From positions 1 through 45,338 of the IMG/VR virus record IMGVR_UViG_3300045988_062964: DNA of 45,338 bases. One strand, written 5' to 3'. This document shows, in pieces, positions 40,453 to 45,338 of the stretch. A program made the translations under genes and the position numbers. How positions within the stretch are numbered: the first letter of the stretch is position 1; each line of letters opens with the position of its first letter. This stretch comes from a virus. Under the pieces are notes generated by a model. The model searched no databases. It saw only the letters and a program-made list of their open reading frames with translations, and was not told where the DNA came from.

Positions 40453-41056
40453 GGTTCCCCCCCTTCCTGCGCTTCTCCCACGTCCGCACAGCAGCTTTCC
40501 AGTCTTTCATTTTGGCCTTCCCCAGCATCCACCCTCTGGCCGCGTAGTAGTCCACAAACTCCTGCGGGTCTATGCCGTTTTTGCGTGCAAGGCAGTATTC
40601 TCTCACCTCGTCCACCGTGGGAGGAACAAACACTTTTCTTTTTGACTCCGTAGGAGTCTTTTCTTTTGTCTTAGTCTTAGTCTTATATATGGGTAAAGTT
40701 TCTTGTAAAGGATTCTGTAAAGGAAACTGTAAAGGTTTATGTAACGTTTCCTGTAAAGAATCAATACCAGAATTTGATTGTTCCGATAGGGAATAGCGGC
40801 TCGGGGCCCCTTTTTTCCCTTGCTGGTATCGGATAAATCCAGCCTTTACAAGCTCGTCTCTCGCTCTGTAAGCGGATGGCTTTGACAATCCATTTGTCAT
40901 TACCTGCAACCGAATGGTGTCTACTGGAACCCACTCAGGCCACCCGGCCCGGTTAAATACGTTCAGCAGCCTGAAGTACAAGACCTGCGCCGGAAGCGTC
41001 AAGTGGTTGTTTTCGATCCAACGGTTGAACTCATTAAGGTAATCAATGTAAGTCAA
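40397..41056 (-). CDS. Replisome organiser / replication initiator (DnaD-like)
   Basis: The N-terminal winged-helix pattern is LYFRLLNVFNRAGWPEW...AYRARDELVKAGFI. The C-terminus is EVREYC...FVDYYAARGW...DWKAAVRTWE. It contains iterons. Confidence 0.75.
   Translation of the reverse strand: MTYIDYLNEFNRWIENNHLTLPAQVLYFRLLNVFNRAGWPEWVPVDTIRLQVMTNGLSKPSAYRARDELVKAGFIRYQQGKKGAPSRYSLSEQSNSGIDSLQETLHKPLQFPLQNPLQETLPIYKTKTKTKEKTPTESKRKVFVPPTVDEVREYCLARKNGIDPQEFVDYYAARGWMLGKAKMKDWKAAVRTWEKRRKGGNHDQPERYFTAADIPGRND
40693..40758. repeat. Iteron array: six GTAAAG/GTAACG repeats at exact 12-bp spacing (candidate origin)
   Basis: Copies at 40693, 40705, 40717, 40729, 40741 and 40753. The adjacent AT-rich cttagt repeats at about 40665-40690 may be the unwinding element. 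Confidence 0.65.
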
Positions 41057-41068
41057 CCCATCACCGCC

Positions 41069-41488
41069 CTAGAACGGGAGCTCTCCGTCGTCGTCCACCT
41101 CCGAGAACTCCTGCCCATTCTGTTCTGGGCGGTCAGATTCTGGTGTGTCCCCCTCCGATTCCTTCTTCCGGCTGTCGCCAAAGTACACACTATCAGCCAC
41201 GACCTCCAGACTAGACCGCTTGTTCCCGTCCTTGTCTGTCCAAGTGTTTGTCTGCAATTTGCCGTCTACCACAGCCATGCGGCCCTTGGAGAAATATTTG
41301 CTTACAAACTCCGCCGTGGATCGCCATGCGGTCACATTAACCCAATCGGTGGTTTTTTCGCCAGTGGCCTTGTCTTTAAAATCCCGGTCAACCGCGATGG
41401 AGAAACTGACCACCGAGACACCGGACTGCGTGTGACGCAGTTCGATGTCCTTTCCAATGCGGCCCTGGATCACAACCCTATTTAGCAT
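41069..41488 (-). CDS. ssb: Single-stranded DNA-binding protein
   Basis: OB-fold pattern MLNRVVIQGRIGKDIELRHTQSG with an acidic tail DDDGELPF. Confidence 0.95.
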   Translation of the reverse strand: MLNRVVIQGRIGKDIELRHTQSGVSVVSFSIAVDRDFKDKATGEKTTDWVNVTAWRSTAEFVSKYFSKGRMAVVDGKLQTNTWTDKDGNKRSSLEVVADSVYFGDSRKKESEGDTPESDRPEQNGQEFSEVDDDGELPF

Positions 41489-41793
41489 TTTGGCCCTTCT
41501 TTCTTGTATATCAATTTTGATTCATCCCATCCTGGGTATAAAGTGCGGAGGTAGTCCTGCATCTGCTTATGAAGCGGACCATCCGCCCCCTCGTTGTCAA
41601 ATGCCGCATGGCACCGCTGGCAGCCTGTCCAAATATTCTCTGGAATTCCAAGACCGCCCTGGCTCCGCCGTATGTAATGACAGTGTGGCCCCGCATTGAT
41701 GGAGCCGCAGAGTACGCACCGCCCAAAATCCCTCTCCCATACGGCCTTTTTGGTTGCCGCGGATATGGCGGTGGCCTTAGTCTCTCGATGCAC
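41482..41793 (-). CDS. HNH-type nuclease (Cys/His zinc motif)
   Basis: The GTG start at 41793 follows a G-rich SD. Has VWERDFGRCVLCG...HCHYIRRSQGG...N....C..CH. Confidence 0.6.
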   Translation of the reverse strand: MHRETKATAISAATKKAVWERDFGRCVLCGSINAGPHCHYIRRSQGGLGIPENIWTGCQRCHAAFDNEGADGPLHKQMQDYLRTLYPGWDESKLIYKKEGPKC

Positions 41794-42118
41794 GCCCCCA
41801 CTCCCTTTCCAACTGCGCGTCCAGGATGCGAATTTGCAGTTTGTAGCCCTGTATGGCCTCCCGTGCGGATTCGTACACTGTCTGCGCAATATCTCTTTCC
41901 AAGCGTAGTCGGGCGATCTCCGCGTCACCACGGCAAATATCAGAGATAATAGTTACAGGCGTGCCCTCCGCCCTGGCCTCCAGAACAGCTTTTCGGAGGG
42001 CTACCCTGTAATCGCGTTCCGCCTGCGCATATGCTCTGCCGCGGGCTCCGAGCTGCCCGATTGCCTTATCCAGGAGTGCGGGCTTTGCGCCGATCTCGTT
42101 TATCAGCTCATAGCCCAT
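41777..42118 (-). CDS. Hypothetical recombination-module protein
   Basis: 113 aa and helical, lying between the annealase and the HNH gene. Confidence 0.55.
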   Translation of the reverse strand: MGYELINEIGAKPALLDKAIGQLGARGRAYAQAERDYRVALRKAVLEARAEGTPVTIISDICRGDAEIARLRLERDIAQTVYESAREAIQGYKLQIRILDAQLEREWGRASRD

Positions 42119-42624
42119 ACAAACGCCCGCTTTCCTGTCCGGTTGTTCAGGATAGATAAACCGGAAATCCTACGGTTGTCACCATAAGCAATTTTCTCAA
42201 CCGAGAAGGTGTCGAAGGTACGAAACTTCCCATTGGATTCCAGGATGTTCATTTTCTCAGAGGGTACCCAAATAAACGGGGCGGTATAAAGCTCTCTGCC
42301 AATGCCCCATCGGAAACCAGCACGTTTGAATGCGTCGCTTGCCTCCCCCTTTTTCTCGTTGCCCTCGCCGTCCTCCCTGGACTCTATTCCACAATCCCAC
42401 TTCCACGTCCAGGCGTCTCCCTCACGGATGGCAATCCCACAATACAGGTTCCCTTTGATTTCCCGGTAATCGTTCGTCCAGTTTTCAGAGCCAACCGTCT
42501 CATCCAGGATATCCATATCCGTCCTGGCCGTCTTATAAAGGAGGAGAACCGCCCCATTCTTTTTGACCTGCTTGACCTTCACCTCAATGTCGGAAGCCTC
42601 CAGCAGGCGGAACTTGTCCATCAC
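42103..42624 (-). CDS. Rad52/Sak-like single-strand annealing protein
   Basis: Has ILDETVGSENWTNDY ... EASDAFKRAGFRWGIGRELY. Confidence 0.7.
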   Translation of the reverse strand: MMDKFRLLEASDIEVKVKQVKKNGAVLLLYKTARTDMDILDETVGSENWTNDYREIKGNLYCGIAIREGDAWTWKWDCGIESREDGEGNEKKGEASDAFKRAGFRWGIGRELYTAPFIWVPSEKMNILESNGKFRTFDTFSVEKIAYGDNRRISGLSILNNRTGKRAFVWAMS

Positions 42625-43109
42625 TTCACCCCCACACTTCTGCCCTGTTCAATGTGGGCGTAGGGGACTGGAACACCGTCTTTAATGAGCTTGCCAACTC
42701 CAGTTTTGCTGACCTCCGGTTCCTTGTACTTGACGCACTCCGCGTCATAGCCGTTCTGCTCCAGCCAGCGGATTAAAGCTTCTGGATTAGACACTTGAAC
42801 GGACGAGGTTTTGCGGAAAATGACGGAGCACCTGGCCGTCTGGAACTTCTCGCCGTCTAATGCAAGGGACAGATAGGATTTCAGTCGTTCCGCCTTGTTC
42901 TCCAGGGCCTTTCTGCGCTCATTGAGTGTGTCCGCCTCCTCCTTGATTGCCTTGGCGTCGGCCATCAAATCCTTGTACCAAAGGGCCATATTCTCAATCT
43001 TAGCGTCCCGATCCATCTGGAGCGCAGCAAACGCCTCATAGTCCATTAGTTCCCCTGTCTCCGGGTCTACCAGACCTTGAATCGCCTGGTCAATTTCATA
43101 CAGTGTCAT
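42621..43109 (-). CDS. Siphovirus Gp157-family protein
   Basis: The N-terminus is MTLYEIDQAIQGLVDPETGE, followed by a coiled coil. SD AAGGAGGAA. Confidence 0.7.
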   Translation of the reverse strand: MTLYEIDQAIQGLVDPETGELMDYEAFAALQMDRDAKIENMALWYKDLMADAKAIKEEADTLNERRKALENKAERLKSYLSLALDGEKFQTARCSVIFRKTSSVQVSNPEALIRWLEQNGYDAECVKYKEPEVSKTGVGKLIKDGVPVPYAHIEQGRSVGVK

Positions 43110-43239
43110 TTTGTTCCTCCTTACATTTCTGGCACATTTCTTCGTTTTGGTAAAGTTCTGCTCCGCAATTTGGGCAATTCCCTGCGGTTGGATCCTGTTG
43201 CATATCCCGGTATGGTGAAAATGGAAGCCACCACTCCAT
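43096..43239 (-). CDS. Small zinc-ribbon protein (start uncertain)
   Basis: Has CPNCGAEL...CQKCK. The longer ORF-track start overlaps the upstream gene. Confidence 0.4.
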   Translation of the reverse strand: MEWWLPFSPYRDMQQDPTAGNCPNCGAELYQNEEMCQKCKEEQNDTV

Positions 43240-43240
43240 A

Positions 43241-43423
43241 TCAGGCAATCGCCGGAAGCACCGCCCGCGGGCAGCCATCCTCACCCATATAAAGGAATCC
43301 GGTTCGGCCATCCGAGAGGCGGATATGTATTGTCCCGTCCAGGGCGTTAATCTCGTCGATTGGGTAGCCGATATTCTCCATCGCCCAGCGCAGCAGGGCA
43401 GAAATATTTGTGGTATTCAGCAT
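43241..43423 (-). CDS. Hypothetical early protein
   Basis: 60 aa, SD GGAAGGAGGAAAA. Confidence 0.6.
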   Translation of the reverse strand: MLNTTNISALLRWAMENIGYPIDEINALDGTIHIRLSDGRTGFLYMGEDGCPRAVLPAIA

Positions 43424-43511
43424 TGACTTTTCCTCCTTCCAGCCCTAAAATAAGGGCAGATGTTCTTTCTCTTGCCGCCCTCTGGTCTCGCACACCGGGG
43501 AGCGGCGCTTT

Positions 43512-43862
43512 TTAATATAGCTCGATTGCAAAGCCATCTTTGATGAGCTTTGGGCGCTTGCCATTTACCTGCTCCGGCCTTATCCCGAGTTTGCTGACGA
43601 CGCCGGCCATCGGGATCGAAAACCCGCCGGAATATCTCGACACAGCAAAGCCTTTTTTGCTGTCGGTGAAATGGAATAGCAGATACTTTCCGGCCTTGCC
43701 GATCAGGACTCGAGGCAATATGTTGGGGATACACTTTGCGGCGGCGGAACTCACATATAGGGCGGTGTTCGGGCTTGCCAGCTTCACGTATTGCTCTGTG
43801 ACCGTCTTCTGGATTATCTCTTCGTCAGTGCCAATTTCGATAAAATCTAGGGTTTCATTCAT
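43512..43862 (-). CDS. Hypothetical early protein
   Basis: The start at MNETLDFIEIG follows the SD GGAGGGAACG. The upstream Pro/Arg-rich extension was rejected. Confidence 0.6.
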   Translation of the reverse strand: MNETLDFIEIGTDEEIIQKTVTEQYVKLASPNTALYVSSAAAKCIPNILPRVLIGKAGKYLLFHFTDSKKGFAVSRYSGGFSIPMAGVVSKLGIRPEQVNGKRPKLIKDGFAIELY

Positions 43863-44100
43863 TTTCGTTCCCTCCAGGTATTTCGATGACCGCCCACACA
43901 TCGTCGATGCTCTCCGCGCCCTCCAGTCCGGTGATCTGGATGGTGAGCGGGCCGGTGGGCGTGGGGGACGGGGTGGTGGTTGCCGCCGGGGTCTCAATGG
44001 CCGGCTGCTCCGGCTCCTGGTTCCAGATGATTTCAACTAGTGCAACCAGCGCCAGCAGCAGAAAGAGATATGCAATGGTCACGATCAGTTGTTTCTTCAT
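43855..44100 (-). CDS. Small membrane-anchored / secreted protein
   Basis: Signal-anchor MKKQLIVTIAYLFLLLALVALV, then a Pro/Thr-rich linker. Confidence 0.6.
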   Translation of the reverse strand: MKKQLIVTIAYLFLLLALVALVEIIWNQEPEQPAIETPAATTTPSPTPTGPLTIQITGLEGAESIDDVWAVIEIPGGNENE

Positions 44101-44261
44101 AGGCTGACCGCCACCAGAATAGCCAGCACCAGCGCCGCTCCGGCAACCACCGCCAGTTGTACCCGCTGGGCCATCGCCTGCGCCTGCTGTACCCGGCGGC
44201 GGTAGGCCCGGTAGCTGTACGCCTTTGCGCGCCTGTCGCGCTCATTTTGGGTCTCGCTCAT
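44097..44261 (-). CDS. Small tail-anchored membrane protein (54 aa)
   Basis: Not on the ORF track. Translation is MSETQNERDRRAKAYSYRAYRRRVQQAQAMAQRVQLAVVAGAALVLAILVAVSL. SD GGGGAGGGGAATGG. Confidence 0.45.
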   Translation of the reverse strand: MSETQNERDRRAKAYSYRAYRRRVQQAQAMAQRVQLAVVAGAALVLAILVAVSL

Positions 44262-44503
44262 ACCATTCCCCTCCCCTGCACGATGGCCTTTGCCACCAAA
44301 TCTGTCTCATAGCCCCGCTTGCGAGGCCCCATACGGATTGCTGGTATATCATGCTCCGCCGCCCAACGGTCGCCGCTGGATGCCCGCGGACAGTACCCAA
44401 GCTCTCGCGCAACATCGACCGGGGACATAATCCCTCCGTGGCGCTCAAACATTAGCCGACGTTTCTCAGCAATCGCCCGGCTGATTGTACTCTGAGTGTT
44501 CAT
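44258..44503 (-). CDS. Small DNA-binding protein (excisionase / Cro-like HTH)
   Basis: The start at MNTQSTISRAI follows the SD AAGGAGGAGAA. MSPVDVARELGY...IPAIRMGPRKRGY is excisionase-like. Confidence 0.5.
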   Translation of the reverse strand: MNTQSTISRAIAEKRRLMFERHGGIMSPVDVARELGYCPRASSGDRWAAEHDIPAIRMGPRKRGYETDLVAKAIVQGRGMV

Positions 44504-44660
44504 TCCCGTTCTCCTCCTTCCCATGTAACCGCTCATGCTCGTCCCAGGTCATCCCATAGTAAGCCCGGCATAGGTCGTCCATGACGCGGCGTGCATTTGT
44601 GAAGCGGTTCTCAATCTCCCGCTTCGTGCTGCTCTCGTTGAGCTGTCCATCTTTGGTCAT
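44466..44660 (-). CDS. Hypothetical early protein
   Basis: 64 aa. Its SD GGAGGAT lies inside the hairpin at 44666-44695. Confidence 0.55.
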   Translation of the reverse strand: MTKDGQLNESSTKREIENRFTNARRVMDDLCRAYYGMTWDEHERLHGKEENGNEHSEYNQPGDC

Positions 44661-44695
44661 AAAAAATCCTCCAATCTTGCCAGAGGCCGGAGGAT
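44661..44695 (-). terminator. Terminator-like hairpin that sequesters the SD of the next gene
   Basis: On the minus strand, ATCCTCC-16 nt-GGAGGAT followed by TTTTT and the ATG at 44660. Confidence 0.5.
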
Positions 44696-44798
44696 GTGAT
44701 ATACTGTCTCCGATACCTCGTAGTTGCGTTACGTGGTGTCATGCCCTGGTCGGTGGTGGTGCACTGGCCGGGGCGCTTTTTGTTGTGCTCCATTAAAT

Positions 44799-44951
44799 TT
44801 ATGAAACAAGGAAATGCATTGCTATCCAAAAAATCGTTATTGCGGAAAGCACAGAAACCGTTGTCGCATTTATTTCCTCATCAAAGAACCAACAAATAAA
44901 TATGTACCCTGCTTCAAGCGCCGCAAAAGCTAAAGCTATCCATTGGAACAT
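44799..44951 (-). CDS. Small two-TM membrane protein (50 aa), AT-rich
   Basis: Not on the ORF track. Translation is MFQWIALAFAALEAGYIFICWFFDEEINATTVSVLSAITIFWIAMHFLVS. A G-rich SD precedes it. Confidence 0.4.
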   Translation of the reverse strand: MFQWIALAFAALEAGYIFICWFFDEEINATTVSVLSAITIFWIAMHFLVS

Positions 44952-45151
44952 CCCCGGCCCCCACTTTCGTAATCGAGGTATTTGTTTCCAAAGATATCTA
45001 TCGTATAGTTCTTAGCAATTTCATCTTGATTCCGCTGGCTTTGTAGTGTAAGTACGAGGTCAGCAATTTCTTTAGAATCAGCCTCAATGATGATCTTCAC
45101 CCCACTTACCTCCTTCCCCGCCCCATCAGGGGCGGGCTTCTTTTTCTCCAT
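44936..45151 (-). CDS. Hypothetical early protein
   Basis: 71 aa, with SD AAGGAG 8 nt upstream. Confidence 0.6.
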   Translation of the reverse strand: MEKKKPAPDGAGKEVSGVKIIIEADSKEIADLVLTLQSQRNQDEIAKNYTIDIFGNKYLDYESGGRGCSNG

Positions 45152-45287
45152 TGGTGTGCTCCTTGGCCTTCTCCGCCATAGCTGCTACGCCTTCTGCATA
45201 CCCGATCAAATACTCTTTCTTTCCGTCGGGAAGAAGTTCACAAGCACGCGTCAGGCTTTCGGCAATATTGCGCTCTTTCTCGCTCAT
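45126..45287 (-). CDS. First gene of the leftward early operon (53 aa, hypothetical)
   Basis: Not on the ORF track. Translation is MSEKERNIAESLTRACELLPDGKKEYLIGYAEGVAAMAEKAKEHTNGEKEARP. SD GGAGGTG. It is divergent from the repressor gene across the contig junction. Confidence 0.6.
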   Translation of the reverse strand: MSEKERNIAESLTRACELLPDGKKEYLIGYAEGVAAMAEKAKEHTNGEKEARP

Positions 45288-45338
45288 ATCGTCACCTCCT
45301 GTATCATGTCGTTCTATGACAAGTATACGTCATTTAAT
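45284..45338. repeat. Terminal overlap, copy 2 (identical to 1-55)
   Basis: The match to the window start is exact over 55 nt. Confidence 0.95.

Larger units (their letters stand above)
1..45283. mobile_element. Complete temperate tailed-phage genome (siphovirus-like, Firmicutes/Clostridia-type host), circularly closed contig
   Basis: nt 1-55 are identical to nt 45284-45338. Lysogeny, lysis, tail, head, packaging and replication modules are all present. Genes are densely packed and mostly on the minus strand. Confidence 0.9.

Noticed and set aside
40693-40758. The short regularly spaced repeats as a CRISPR array.
   Set aside because: The period is 12 bp with no spacers, and the repeats lie inside a coding region next to replication genes. 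They are iterons.
43863-44036. The N-terminal extension of ORF 43512-44036 (PRRQPPPRPPRPP...).
   Set aside because: It overlaps the well-formed signal-anchor gene 43855-44100 in another frame. The internal ATG at 43862 has a strong SD.
44611-44829. The 72-aa minus-strand ORF and the internal MEHNKK start in the 44660-44799 gap.
   Set aside because: It has no SD, an odd composition, and reads through the terminator-like hairpin. It is treated as non-coding leader.
45284-45338. The terminal 55-nt repeat as a biological direct terminal repeat or att duplication.
   Set aside because: The overlap is exact, short and falls in the middle of the switch region. It is most simply an assembler overlap on a circular molecule. 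A real repeat cannot be excluded without reads.

Overview
The window is a circularly closed contig. Its first 55 nt are identical to its last 55 nt, giving a unique length of 45,283 bp. It is a complete temperate siphovirus-like phage or prophage of a Gram-positive, Clostridia-type host, judged by GGAGG Shine-Dalgarno (SD) sites, a Cheo-type LexA box, and XkdX, Gp15, Sipho_Gp157 and DUF1064-type families. Nearly all genes are on the minus strand, and many are coupled through ATGA or GTGA start/stop overlaps. The layout is as follows.
- 1-152: divergent genetic switch.
- 153-2456 (+): XRE repressor, a small coiled-coil ORF behind a LexA box, and a tyrosine integrase.
- 2419-2684: attP with a tRNA 3'-end fragment flanked by GTGGTGGAAA arm repeats.
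- 2780-6230: cargo cassette of low-complexity, Cys-rich and Gly-rich proteins with no family I recognise.
- 6232-8200: lysis genes.
- 8230-19988: tail fibres, baseplate and tape measure.
- 20009-20845 (+): an opposite-strand moron.
- 20872-31428: tail chaperones, head-tail connectors, capsid, MuF-like protein, portal, terminase and a VRR-NUC-like nuclease.
- 31618-32325: AntA/KilAC antirepressor.
- About 32330-33117: a roughly 0.75-kb GC-rich, hairpin-dense stretch with no credible ORF.
- 33118-45287: early genes. These include many small CxxC proteins, a homing HNH, Lar-like, DUF1064, a DnaB-like helicase, a replisome organiser with internal iterons, SSB, a Rad52-like annealase and Gp157.

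The most interesting candidates are the ORF-free structured region (a possible large ncRNA), the cargo cassette next to attP, the membrane-anchored OB-fold moron, the extended C-terminus of the MuF protein, and the LexA box beside a repressor with no recognisable autocleavage domain. All family assignments come from motif recognition by eye. No database search was run.
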